From Edaphobacter aggregans (GTDB lineage: Bacteria > Acidobacteriota > Terriglobia > Terriglobales > Acidobacteriaceae), in NCBI RefSeq assembly GCF_003945235.1, contig NZ_RSDW01000001.1:780001-812000 (forward strand): DNA of 32,000 bases. The letters are read 5' to 3'. Each line of letters begins with the position of its first letter. Position 1 is the stretch's first letter. Under the pieces are notes generated by a model. The model was not told the DNA's origin. It worked only from the letters and a program-made list of their open reading frames with translations, and did no database searches. A program made the translations under genes and the position numbers. Below, in pieces: positions 1 through 8,217 of the stretch.

Positions 1-1
1 C

Positions 2-271
2 CTGCTCGCATTGCAGAAGAAGATGCCCGATATTGCTGTGGTTGCGGTCAGCATGGATCAGGATCCCGACGTCTATCGGAAGTTTCTTGTTGACCACCAT
101 GTCGATGTGCTCACCGTGCGAGACGAGGAGATGAAGGTCAATGCCTTGTATGGAACGGTACAGATTCCTGAGACCTACGTGATCGACAGGCAGGGGGTTC
201 TGCGCCGGAAGTTCGTTGGCGCTCAGGACTGGACCAAGCCGGAGATCATGGATTTTTTGCGGAAGATGTAG
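2..271 (+). CDS. TlpA/redoxin-like thiol:disulfide oxidoreductase, C-terminal part (5' end outside window)
   Basis: The frame is open from the window edge, with no stop upstream of the listed start at 11. The translation VVAVSMDQD...VQIPETYVIDRQGVLRRKFVG resembles the C-terminal half of thioredoxin-fold TlpA/ResA-type proteins. The CxxC motif would lie upstream of the window. Confidence 0.6.
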   Translation: MLALQKKMPDIAVVAVSMDQDPDVYRKFLVDHHVDVLTVRDEEMKVNALYGTVQIPETYVIDRQGVLRRKFVGAQDWTKPEIMDFLRKM

Positions 272-863
272 CCAGCGGCGCTTCTTTGCGAATGTCAATG
301 GCACGTGCGCCTGCTCGATGAGCTGCTTCGAGGCCCTCGTCTGAGTCTTCGAAGACGATGCACGCTGCCGGATCGACCTTCATGCGGCGCGCAGCTTCGA
401 GATAGACGTCTGGCGCTGGCTTTCCGTGCTTCACATCGTCGGCCGTGACGATGTAGTCGAAGAGAGACCGCAGTCCAACGTTGACCAGAGTGGCTTCCAC
501 GTTCTCAAGAACTCCGTTCGATGCGACCGCCATAGGCACACGACCGTGCCAGACGCGAGCGATGTCCGCGACAAAGGTGATCTCTTCGATCAGGGGAATC
601 GCTGCCTGGTAGGCGATGTTGTTGCGCGCGAAGAAGGCTGCGCGATCGATCGGCGGAGGGTTGAATGCTGCTTCGTACTCGTCGATCAACGGATCAGGAC
701 CGAGTCCGTGTCTCAGGTGGTACCAGTCGGCGGTCATGGTAAGGCCAAGCGGCTTGAGCGCCTGCTGGATCGAGCGAAGATGCGCGGGAGCACTGTCGAC
801 CAGCGTCCCATCGCAGTCGAAGATCAGCGCGGAGAACGTCCCTTCGATAAGCGAGATTGCCAT
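246..863 (-). CDS. HAD-IA family hydrolase (phosphatase/beta-phosphoglucomutase-like)
   Basis: 205-aa ORF with the HAD motif I FDCDGTLVDS, a later ASNG segment, and GKPAPD and FEDSDEG motifs. Its 3' end overlaps the convergent redoxin gene by 26 nt. Confidence 0.85.
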   Translation of the reverse strand: MAISLIEGTFSALIFDCDGTLVDSAPAHLRSIQQALKPLGLTMTADWYHLRHGLGPDPLIDEYEAAFNPPPIDRAAFFARNNIAYQAAIPLIEEITFVADIARVWHGRVPMAVASNGVLENVEATLVNVGLRSLFDYIVTADDVKHGKPAPDVYLEAARRMKVDPAACIVFEDSDEGLEAAHRAGARAIDIRKEAPLATSSAKNP

Positions 864-1339
864 AAGTTGATTTTATGGTTTCGGAGGTCTTCTTTACGCG
901 TTGAAGAGGTCGCACCCGGGAGAGCGACCGCGGATTTGCACGGATAGACGCGGATGGAAGGTGAAAAGGCATAACAGCGATTTGCACCGATGACACCGAT
1001 GGAGTTGGTGGGTTTTCTGCTGTGGCTTGTAGGGTGGGGAGGATTTGGGGTTTGGGTTCTTGGGTGGGTTTGTCTTGGGCGAACTGGTCGAGGAGTTGGC
1101 GCATGATGCTCTTGGGACGGCCAGCGGCGGTGTCCTGGTCGTACTCGGATTGAGGGGCGAGGAGGCCTTGTTCGGGGTCGGTGGTGATGTCTTCGATGGG
1201 TGTGGCTTGGGTTGCGTAAGGGTCGGCGGCGGGTGGTGTGGTGGTAGTAGCAGAAGTCTTCGTGGCGCAGGCATGGGCTGCCGCAGCTGTGGCCGTCGGT
1301 GAAGATGTGGCGGCATTGGTAGCGTTTTGGTTCGGTCAT
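824..1339 (-). CDS. hypothetical protein with Cys/His-rich N-terminus; likely frameshifted or degenerate after about 37 codons
   Basis: The N-terminus MTEPKRYQCRHIFTDGHSCGSPCLRHEDFCYYHHTTR looks like a genuine Cys/His metal-binding module. The remainder of this frame is R/P/H low-complexity. A second frame (read by hand from about 1235 down to 1105, joining ORF 694..1104) gives a more protein-like acidic sequence, PIEDITTDPEQGLLAPQSEYDQDTAAGRPKSIMRQLLDQF. Confidence 0.35.
   Translation of the reverse strand: MTEPKRYQCRHIFTDGHSCGSPCLRHEDFCYYHHTTRRRPLRNPSHTHRRHHHRPRTRPPRPSIRVRPGHRRWPSQEHHAPTPRPVRPRQTHPRTQTPNPPHPTSHSRKPTNSIGVIGANRCYAFSPSIRVYPCKSAVALPGATSSTRKEDLRNHKINLWQSRLSKGRSPR
933..1003. repeat. 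imperfect direct repeat pair (about 26 nt units, 46-nt period)
   Basis: GATTTGCACGGATAGACGCGGATGGA (933-958) versus GATTTGCACCGATGACACCGATGGA (979-1003). About 21 of 26 positions are shared, including an identical 9-mer start and a GATGGA end. Confidence 0.5.
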
Positions 1340-1429
1340 GATGGGTACTCCCCCTGGTGGACGTAAGATCTCAAAGTCTTCGAACGAAATGGTTTAGGTC
1401 TGGACTTCTGGTCTGTGGGTTAAATGCGA

Positions 1430-1462
1430 AGAGCCCCGGCTTTCGCCTGAGGGCTCTTTTTG
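1430..1462 (+). terminator. orphan rho-independent-terminator-like hairpin
   Basis: AGAGCCC (1430-1436) pairs with GGGCTCT (1451-1457) and is followed by TTTTTG. No + strand gene lies immediately upstream. Confidence 0.4.
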
Positions 1463-1585
1463 TGTCTAGTTCTATTTTAGCGGGTCGAGGGGAATGATTA
1501 GGCACGGAGATGTGCTTTGGAATGTGGAGGATACGTAGGTTGGGGGCTTGACAAGGTTTTGGGCTGGGATAGGAAGGCATACCCC

Positions 1586-1607
1586 AGGGGGCTAAAGCCC
1601 CTTTTTC
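1586..1607 (+). terminator. short GC hairpin plus T-tract (terminator-like or repeat element)
   Basis: AGGGGGC TAAA GCCCCT followed by TTTTC. A related GGGGCTGAAGCC element follows at about 1629-1648. Confidence 0.3.
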
Positions 1608-1654
1608 TTGCTCGAGGAGAGAGACCCAGGGGCTGAAGCCTTGGGGTGCCTAGA

Positions 1655-1700
1655 TGCAACGGCAACTGCAACGGCAACAGCAGATCCCTGCAGATCCCTG
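1655..1700. repeat. microsatellite-like repeats
   Basis: Four tandem GCAACN units (GCAACG, GCAACT, GCAACG, GCAACA) are immediately followed by a perfect tandem duplication of CAGATCCCTG (1681-1700). Confidence 0.7.
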
Positions 1701-1807
1701 CGGATGACAAGCAAGAAAGCACTGCAAAAACGAGAGCTGGCGGGGGTAGGGGGATACTTTTACGCGGTGTCGAAAGCTGCTTCCGCCATCTTGATATGAT
1801 CGATTGC

Positions 1808-2080
1808 ATGACACAACTTGATGTTTTGTACCGGTATGGAGTGCCACCGACGGAGGCTGCTGCGCTGGCAATTGCCCGGACTCGCGAAGTCTATGGCGTG
1901 CGACGGGTTGAGTTCAACGAGGCGGAGAAGACCGTCCGGGTAGAGTACGACGCAACGCGGCTGAACGAGGCCACGATTCATCAGCTGCTGCGACGCGCCG
2001 GGTTGGACATCGTGGAGAAGATGCCAATGTTCGCCGCGCCCGTAGAAGAACCTGCTCCTGCCGCTGCCGTTGCAAAATAG
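1808..2080 (+). CDS. small hypothetical protein (possible cysteine-less HMA-like beta-alpha-beta-beta-alpha-beta fold)
   Basis: This is the internal Met of ORF 1646..2080; the upstream part of the ORF runs through the repeats. MTQLDVLYRYGV...TVRVEYDATRLNEATIHQLLRRAGLDIV is protein-like, followed by an Ala/Pro-rich tail. ATG 1796 is an alternative start. Confidence 0.5.
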   Translation: MTQLDVLYRYGVPPTEAAALAIARTREVYGVRRVEFNEAEKTVRVEYDATRLNEATIHQLLRRAGLDIVEKMPMFAAPVEEPAPAAAVAK

Positions 2081-2136
2081 TTGCCGTTGATGTCGTTTTT
2101 CCGATAGCTTGTAACGAGTTGCTTCCCTGTTTTTCC

Positions 2137-2213
2137 GCGCCCGTAGCTCAGCTGGATAGAGCATCTGGCTTCGAACCAGAGGGTCGGAGGTTCGAATCCT
2201 TCCGGGCGCACCA
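2137..2213 (+). tRNA. tRNA-Arg (anticodon TCG)
   Basis: 77-nt cloverleaf. Acceptor GCGCCCG/CGGGCGC, D-arm AGCTCAGCTGGATAGAGC, anticodon stem TCTGG/CCAGA with loop CTTCGAA, T-arm GGAGGTTCGAATCCTTC, and an encoded CCA. Confidence 0.95.
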
Positions 2214-2338
2214 ATCGAATCAATTGGTTAGAGGGTTTTGACCCGGAATCGAGTCACGATAAGGCGAGATTACAGGGGGCTCGAGGAAGAATGGATTCAA
2301 CGTTCCCTGGGGTCTCCAGCTATGGAGGGTGACCAGAG

Positions 2339-3103
2339 TTGACCTATGACAACTTGTTTGCTCTCTCAGGGCGAATTCTCGTCACCGGCGGCACGCGAGG
2401 GATTGGCCGCGCTATTTCACTTCGCTTTGCAAGAGCCGGCGCATCGGTAACTGCGAATTATCTCCGCAATCAAAAAGCTGCAGACGAGTTGAAGGCCACC
2501 GCAGAGCAAGAAGGTCTGTCGATTGACCTGTGTCGTGCCGACATCACCACCCCCCGCGGCCTTGAGCAAATCGAAAGCTCCGTCCACGACACTGGTGGAT
2601 CTCTTTCCGGGCTGGTTCATTGTGCGGCGACGGGTGTGCACCATACTCTTTCCGAACTCAATGTGCGCCACTTCGATTGGACGTTCGCACTTAATGTGCG
2701 GGCGTTTTTTGAATTAATGCAGGTCCTCATGAATCGGTTTTCGGAGCGATCAAGCGTGGTGGCGGTCAGCTCGATCGGTGCTCAGCGTGCTTTGCCCTAT
2801 TACTCTCTGGTCGGTGCATCGAAAGGTGCGCTCGAGGCGTTCGCCCGACATCTCGCGGCGGAACTGGCGCCGAGAGGGATTCGCGTGAATATTCTTGCCC
2901 CCGGCATGGTCGCGACCGAAGTCTGGAAGGTCCTTCCGGAAGCAGAAGCCCGCGTTGCCGCCGCAATCAATCACACTCCGATCCGACGTTTGGTGACTCC
3001 CGATGAGGTGGCATGGGCCGCCCAATTCCTCTGTTCCCAGGCATCGATGGGAATAGTTGGACAGACCTTTGTTGTTGATGGGGGAGCAGCGATTGTGGGG
3101 TAA
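2339..3103 (+). CDS. SDR-family reductase, FabL-like enoyl-[ACP] reductase candidate
   Basis: Contains the TGGTRGIGRAI Rossmann motif. The active-site segment SSIGAQRALPYYSLVGASKGALEAF has Y-x6-K spacing, as in FabL/FabI-type enoyl reductases, rather than the classical YxxxK. The start is TTG, preceded by GGAGGG. Confidence 0.8.
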   Translation: MTYDNLFALSGRILVTGGTRGIGRAISLRFARAGASVTANYLRNQKAADELKATAEQEGLSIDLCRADITTPRGLEQIESSVHDTGGSLSGLVHCAATGVHHTLSELNVRHFDWTFALNVRAFFELMQVLMNRFSERSSVVAVSSIGAQRALPYYSLVGASKGALEAFARHLAAELAPRGIRVNILAPGMVATEVWKVLPEAEARVAAAINHTPIRRLVTPDEVAWAAQFLCSQASMGIVGQTFVVDGGAAIVG

Positions 3104-3139
3104 GATCGTCAACGTCACTTGAGTGGATGAGGAGGGAAG

Positions 3140-3373
3140 ATGGAGAGTGTTCTCGTCAGGGTTCAGGAGGTTTTCCATGAGACTTTCGGAATAGACTCGC
3201 AAATGATTTCTCTGGAAACCACTCCCAACGACGCGCCGGCATGGGATTCGGTGGGGCACCTGGATCTTGCAAGCAGGTTGGAGCAGACTTTCGGCATCAG
3301 TTTCGACGTGGATGACCTGATGGAGATGGAGAACGTCCGCGAGATCGTTCGGATCATCAATGAGAAGCTATAG
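3140..3373 (+). CDS. free-standing acyl carrier protein
   Basis: 77 aa and acidic, with the phosphopantetheine-attachment motif WDSVGHLDL (Ser codon 3248-3250). A GAGGAGGG RBS lies upstream. Confidence 0.85.
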   Translation: MESVLVRVQEVFHETFGIDSQMISLETTPNDAPAWDSVGHLDLASRLEQTFGISFDVDDLMEMENVREIVRIINEKL

Positions 3374-3390
3374 TCGCTGGAGTGTGGGAG

Positions 3391-4869
3391 ATGGCTGCGG
3401 TTCCTGGGAACAATTTTTCAGGACGGTTAGTGAACCGGCTAGGAGAACATTCCTGCCTCATTGACGCGAAGACTGGCAAAACGACACTCCCCTCGGACCT
3501 TCGTCGAGCCATAATCAGTTTTGGCGCCAGCCTCCTTTCCACTGGATTGAAACCCAGCGATCGGATACTCATTGGCTGTACCTTGTCACCGTCCAGCAGC
3601 ATAGCCTACCTTGGCGCGATGTACGCAGGCTTAGTACCGGTCCCACTAGAGGAGGCGGTTCTGGTCGCTTCCATCACTAGCTTGCTAAACGGAACCGGAG
3701 CAAGAGCAGTATGGACAGAAAGAAGTTTTCCGGTTGATGGGATTGAACCGAGAGTCCTGGTTTTCCATGGTCTCACTGCGGAGAAAAAAGCGGACGAGCT
3801 AGCACCTGCCCCTTGTGAGAAAAATGATGTCGCTGTGCTCTTTGCCACTTCGGGGTCTACCGGAACTCCTCGTTTCGTCATGGTCAGTCATGGGAACCTT
3901 GTCGCCAACACGGAAGCGATCATTCGCAGTCAAAGTCTTTCAAACGACGAACGAGCCATGCTCATCTTGCCGCTGAGCTACTGCTTTGGTGCAAGTATTT
4001 TGCACACGCATCTGTATCAAGGTGGAGGGGTAGTATTCGATCGCCGCTTCATGTTCCCCGATAAGGTGCTGCATGCTATCGACAAATACGCATGCACGAC
4101 GTTTGCCGGTGTTCCCACCGTCTTTAACATTCTTCTGCGGCGATCGAATATTCGATCGATCGCGATGCCCACACTCAGGCGATTCCTGCAGGCAGGAGGT
4201 TCGCTCGCCCCGCAGCGGATTACCGAGATGCGCGCTGCCGTTCCGAGGCCGGAATTTTACGTCATGTACGGTCAGACAGAGGCGACTGCTCGAATCTCCT
4301 GTCTTGAACCGGAGCGCCTGGACGAGAAACTGGGTAGTGCAGGCCGTCCATTGGACAATCTAGCGGTTCGGATTGTAGATGAAGATGGGAAAGACCTCCC
4401 CGCCGGCGAAGTAGGCGAGATCGTGGTTAAAGGCCCATCGATCACCCTGGGATATCTCAATGAACCGGAAGAGAGCCGTCGTGTGTTCGATGATGGATGG
4501 CTCCGCACTGGTGACCTGGCTCATCTGGACGCGGAGGGGTACATCTGGATCGATGGACGCATGGGCAGCTTCCTCAAGATGCGCGGGGTGCGTGTGAGTT
4601 TTGAGGAGGTCGAAGCCAAGGTAGCGGCGGTTCCTGGTGTTTACGAATGTGCCGCTGCCGCAGTTCCGCACCCGGAGGTTGGTGAGGCGCTGGCTTTGTA
4701 CATTGTGCCGGACAAAGGAGCAGAAGACATCATCGATCGAGTACGCCGCAGCGTGTCCAGCAACTGGACATGCGAATCGATTCAGATTGTTTCAGAAATT
4801 CCTAAGACAGCACGCGGCAAGGTTTCACGAGCTTCTCTTCGATCGATGGTGGTGGGAACCCATGGATGA
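3391..4869 (+). CDS. adenylate-forming acyl-CoA/acyl-ACP ligase (ANL superfamily)
   Basis: Core motifs FATSGSTGTPRFV, YGQTEA, TGDLA and PKTARGKVSR are present. ATG 3391 is preferred over GTG 3382 because GGAG sits 8 nt upstream of it. Confidence 0.85.
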   Translation: MAAVPGNNFSGRLVNRLGEHSCLIDAKTGKTTLPSDLRRAIISFGASLLSTGLKPSDRILIGCTLSPSSSIAYLGAMYAGLVPVPLEEAVLVASITSLLNGTGARAVWTERSFPVDGIEPRVLVFHGLTAEKKADELAPAPCEKNDVAVLFATSGSTGTPRFVMVSHGNLVANTEAIIRSQSLSNDERAMLILPLSYCFGASILHTHLYQGGGVVFDRRFMFPDKVLHAIDKYACTTFAGVPTVFNILLRRSNIRSIAMPTLRRFLQAGGSLAPQRITEMRAAVPRPEFYVMYGQTEATARISCLEPERLDEKLGSAGRPLDNLAVRIVDEDGKDLPAGEVGEIVVKGPSITLGYLNEPEESRRVFDDGWLRTGDLAHLDAEGYIWIDGRMGSFLKMRGVRVSFEEVEAKVAAVPGVYECAAAAVPHPEVGEALALYIVPDKGAEDIIDRVRRSVSSNWTCESIQIVSEIPKTARGKVSRASLRSMVVGTHG

Positions 4870-5986
4870 AATCGGACAGAGGATCGATCAGTTATTAGCC
4901 ATCCCACCCTATGGCTTGCCGCCGGAAGAGCGACAGGCTGCACTTCTGGGACTTCTGAAGGATGAGTTAGAGGACGCATCCAGCAGGAACGCCGGGTATC
5001 GAAATTATATTGCGCACTGGCCTGTTCCTCCGCGTTCGGCAAGCAGAATTTCTGATCTTCCCTATTTGCCTGTTGGGCTGTTGAAAGCGCAACCTCCCTT
5101 ATCTCTGGTGGAGGCGCAAGAGATCAAAAGAGTCTTGACGTCGAGTTCCACGACGGGGCAAATGCCGAGCAGGATTACTCTGGATTCGCCGACGGCGAGG
5201 CGTATGACGAAGGGCGTTGTCGCCATCGCTCAGGACTTTATCGGCTCGAGCCGCCGACCTTATCTGATCGTCGATGTGCCGGGCTCCACCAGAGGCGGTC
5301 CAGAACTGGGAGCTCGAGGCGCCGCCATACAGGGCCTTCATCCATTTGCGAACGAGGCCACCTACTGCCTGGAACTTGATCAGAATGGGGATCTCACACT
5401 GGACCGGGACAAACTCCGCCGTTTTGCGGAATCGCAAGGTTCGTCTTCTGTGCTGATTTATGGCTTCACCTACATCCTTTGGAAGTACCTCGTAAAACCG
5501 CTGATGGCGGAGAACATCAGCCTCGGGATGCCCGACGTTCATATCCTGCATAGCGGCGGTTGGAAGTTGCTACAGGACGAAGCCGTCGATAAGAAATCCT
5601 TCAACGATGGCGTAGCCCGCGTCTTTGGGTGTTCCGCTGATCGTGTGATCGATTTCTATGGCATGGTGGAAAATGTAGGCGTCATCTATCCCGATTGCCC
5701 TGAAGGCAACAAACATGTTCCGGCATTTGCAGATGTCCTTGTACGGAATCCGTTGACGCTCGAGCCAGTTTCTGAGGGGGAACAAGGAATTGTTCAAGTG
5801 TGCAGCGTGTTGCCGACGAGTTTTCCCGGTAACCTGCTTTTAACGGAAGACATCGCAGAAATCGTGTCATATGATGGGTGCCGCTGCGGGAGACGAGGAA
5901 CCTGTTTCCGGTTTGTGGGGCGGGTGGCGAAGTCGGAGCTCCGCGGCTGTGGGAATATCGACCGGAAGAGACAACAGGCCGCCTAG
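4862..5986 (+). CDS. LuxE-like acyl-protein synthetase
   Basis: This is the internal Met of ORF 4637..5986, and its ATG overlaps the ligase stop (ATGGATGA). The LTSSSTTGQMPSRI loop, ILHSGGWKLL and FYGMVE segments resemble the LuxE/PaaK-like adenylating family (Pfam PF04443, from memory). Confidence 0.75.
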   Translation: MDEIGQRIDQLLAIPPYGLPPEERQAALLGLLKDELEDASSRNAGYRNYIAHWPVPPRSASRISDLPYLPVGLLKAQPPLSLVEAQEIKRVLTSSSTTGQMPSRITLDSPTARRMTKGVVAIAQDFIGSSRRPYLIVDVPGSTRGGPELGARGAAIQGLHPFANEATYCLELDQNGDLTLDRDKLRRFAESQGSSSVLIYGFTYILWKYLVKPLMAENISLGMPDVHILHSGGWKLLQDEAVDKKSFNDGVARVFGCSADRVIDFYGMVENVGVIYPDCPEGNKHVPAFADVLVRNPLTLEPVSEGEQGIVQVCSVLPTSFPGNLLLTEDIAEIVSYDGCRCGRRGTCFRFVGRVAKSELRGCGNIDRKRQQAA

Positions 5987-6000
5987 GTCAGGGTACCTTG

Positions 6001-7257
6001 ATGAGTGAGATCATTCGTGTCATCGACTCAACCGAGGAGATCTCAGCCCTGGCGACGGAGCTCCGTGAGACGGTTAGTGCTTCGGAGATCGCCACGAATG
6101 CGATTTTAGATAGGTTCGAAGCCTGGGGCGCCGCTTTGGGAGAGCGAGAGACGGCTGATATACCCGGCGTTCAGTTCCTACGCATGTGGCTAAGGCGCGG
6201 GACTCTCGATCCAATCATTGCTCGGGAACTGGGCCGCAATGCGCTCTGCGGGGGCTGGATGGAGGACGGCCATGCCCGACTGAAAGCGTATCCTCTGGGT
6301 ATCGTTGGCCACTGGCCGGCCGGAAACATTGAGATCCAGCCAGCTCTCTCGATGACCTGTGCCCTGCTCGGGGGCAATGCTTCCTTGGTGCGTGTGCCCA
6401 GCGGGCTCGACGAACTGACGCGGCTCATCATGGGAAAGTTGGAACAAAGTGATAGCGCGGGTGTTTTGACAGGACGCGTTCGCATGCTCGTCTTCGATCA
6501 CACACGTAAGGACCTGCAGGAAGCCATGGCTCGATCTGTCGATGGAGCCATGATATGGGGCGGTGAGGAAGCCGTCTTAAACGTACGCGGCCTGCCGTTT
6601 CCGCATTGGGCGAGGTTGGCCATCTTCGGACCAAGAATCTCAATCGCAGCGATGGACGCGGATTCCTGGTCCGACACCGAGGGGGAGGAGTCCTGGTGCC
6701 GGCGTATTGCACGAGATGTATGGCAGTTTGATCAGCAAGCGTGTTCCTCGCCACAAGTTCTTTTCCTGGAAAAGAAGGCTGGCCATTCGTCCCAAGAATT
6801 CGTGCAATCACTCAAGAAAGCATTCGAATCAGAGAATCAGCTCCATCCGAGACCAACGATTCATGCTGGATTAACAACAGTCATATGTCAGGCGCGTGCC
6901 TCCTGGTTGCTCGATAATGCAGCGAACAGCGCCGTCTTCACTCAGGGGCCAGACTGGACAATTCTTTTGGGAAGCGGGTCGGAGATCCCCAAGCCTACTC
7001 AAGGAAAAACGCTGGCCGTACTGGAGGTGGACGACCTGCTCGACCCAATTGGAAAGCTCGACGGCAACGTGCAGACACTGGGGCTGGCCATGGCGGATTC
7101 GACGAGAGAGATACAGCTCGCGTCGTTGGCGGCTAGAAGAGGGGTGGACAGAATCGTAAAGCTTGGACGCATGCACGTCTTTGCCCCGCCGTGGGACGGC
7201 GTTGACCTTATCAGGCCTATGGTTCGTATGGTTCGACACGTGCCTTCGGTCGACTAA
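6001..7257 (+). CDS. LuxC-like acyl-CoA/acyl-ACP reductase (aldehyde-forming)
   Basis: This is the internal Met of ORF 5878..7257. GHWPAGNIEIQP and WQFDQQACSSPQVLF segments match the LuxC family (PF05893, from memory). The predicted catalytic Cys codon is at 6742-6744. Confidence 0.75.
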   Translation: MSEIIRVIDSTEEISALATELRETVSASEIATNAILDRFEAWGAALGERETADIPGVQFLRMWLRRGTLDPIIARELGRNALCGGWMEDGHARLKAYPLGIVGHWPAGNIEIQPALSMTCALLGGNASLVRVPSGLDELTRLIMGKLEQSDSAGVLTGRVRMLVFDHTRKDLQEAMARSVDGAMIWGGEEAVLNVRGLPFPHWARLAIFGPRISIAAMDADSWSDTEGEESWCRRIARDVWQFDQQACSSPQVLFLEKKAGHSSQEFVQSLKKAFESENQLHPRPTIHAGLTTVICQARASWLLDNAANSAVFTQGPDWTILLGSGSEIPKPTQGKTLAVLEVDDLLDPIGKLDGNVQTLGLAMADSTREIQLASLAARRGVDRIVKLGRMHVFAPPWDGVDLIRPMVRMVRHVPSVD

Positions 7258-8180
7258 TGGAACGATGGAAGGAAGGAACTATGGTAGACACCGCAACATT
7301 TCTGGAGGCGCTGGACCGGAAGGCGAAGATGTTTGCACCGACGGCACGGGCGACTGTTGAGGCCAATCAGGATCTGTGTTCGTGGGTGCTCGACCCGTTG
7401 GCGCATTGGGCGCAGGCTGCCTATGGCGACCGCGCGTTTGAAGACGCGGCGCGGGGATACGCTCGGTATTGCTTCGGAGTTGCCAAGTCGCAACAAATCT
7501 ATGAGCAGGCGGGCAGGTATACCCCGCAAGCGTTGCCCGATGTGATCTCGGAGGTCTATGAGGATGAAGGGTACATGGTTCCATACATGTGGGCAGCGAT
7601 CCTCATTTACCCGTTCTGGCCCTCGATGGTTAATCACATCGCTCTATATCGAGATGAGTTTGTGAAGGCATTGCCTACGGATGCCCGGGTTTTGGAGTTA
7701 GCGTCAGGGCACGGTGTTCTCAGCTTGCTCGCTGCGGAGGAACGGCCGGACCTTCGGCTGGAGGGGCTCGATATAAGTCCGCCAGCGGTTGCCGTTGCCA
7801 ATCGTCTCCTGTCCGTCTCAGGACACGACAGCCGGGTTAAGTTCGAAGTGAAAGACGCTCTCGCCGTGGAACAAGGAGATGGGGAGGGAGAGTATCAAGG
7901 GATTATTGCCGCGATGCTCGCAGAGCATTTGGAAGATCCAAAGCCTCTCCTTCAAGCCATCTCACGCCTTCTTGCTAAAGATGGTCTGGTCTTTTTCAGC
8001 ACGGCAATTGAGTCGGCTCAGCGTGACCATCTCTATGAATTCAACCAGGAGAGCCAGGTGGTGAAACTTGCGGAAGACGCAGGCCTTCGCGTAACCCGGC
8101 TCGTCAGTGATGCCAGCGCTCCGCTTCCTGGTACTCGATTTCTTCCCCGCGCCGTGGGCATGATTTTGCGCCGGCGCTGA
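7257..8180 (+). CDS. class I SAM-dependent methyltransferase with about 130-aa N-terminal extension
   Basis: Motif I is VLELASGHGVLSL, with a later acidic motif II region (LEGLDIS) and IIAAMLAEHL. The start ATG overlaps the LuxC-like stop (TAATG). ATG 7281 is an alternative start. Confidence 0.8.
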   Translation: MERWKEGTMVDTATFLEALDRKAKMFAPTARATVEANQDLCSWVLDPLAHWAQAAYGDRAFEDAARGYARYCFGVAKSQQIYEQAGRYTPQALPDVISEVYEDEGYMVPYMWAAILIYPFWPSMVNHIALYRDEFVKALPTDARVLELASGHGVLSLLAAEERPDLRLEGLDISPPAVAVANRLLSVSGHDSRVKFEVKDALAVEQGDGEGEYQGIIAAMLAEHLEDPKPLLQAISRLLAKDGLVFFSTAIESAQRDHLYEFNQESQVVKLAEDAGLRVTRLVSDASAPLPGTRFLPRAVGMILRRR

Positions 8181-8217
8181 ACCCTGCAGTGTCGGCGATT
8201 GGATTCGAGGTACACAC

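Noticed and set aside
426-947. + strand ORFs 426..947 (173 aa) and 616..870 (84 aa)
   Set aside because: They lie entirely antisense to the well-supported HAD hydrolase gene. The translations are R/C/V-rich and lack motifs, which is typical of shadow ORFs in GC-rich DNA.
894-1316. ORFs 894..1316 (-) and 1045..1302 (+) with P/T/K-rich or G-rich translations
   Set aside because: They are alternative frames of the same low-complexity tract as the 824..1339 gene and have no start context. They are kept only as evidence for a possible frameshift, not as genes.
1498-2223. ORFs 1498..1809 (-), 1608..1799 (+), the 1646..1795 part of the + ORF, 1650..1871 (-), 1760..2164 (-) and 1981..2223 (-)
   Set aside because: They run through hairpins and microsatellites, or lie antisense to the small CDS and across the tRNA-Arg gene. 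A tRNA gene inside an ORF is strong evidence that the ORF is spurious.
4637-4861. N-terminal extensions of listed ORFs: 4637-4861 (LuxE-like), 5878-6000 (LuxC-like), 8582-8761 (NRPS), 26912-27406 (membrane protein) and 29057-29110 (AKR)
   Set aside because: Each extension overlaps the 3' end of the preceding, well-supported gene in another frame, or lacks family homology. Family-like sequence begins at an internal start codon with better spacing or an RBS.
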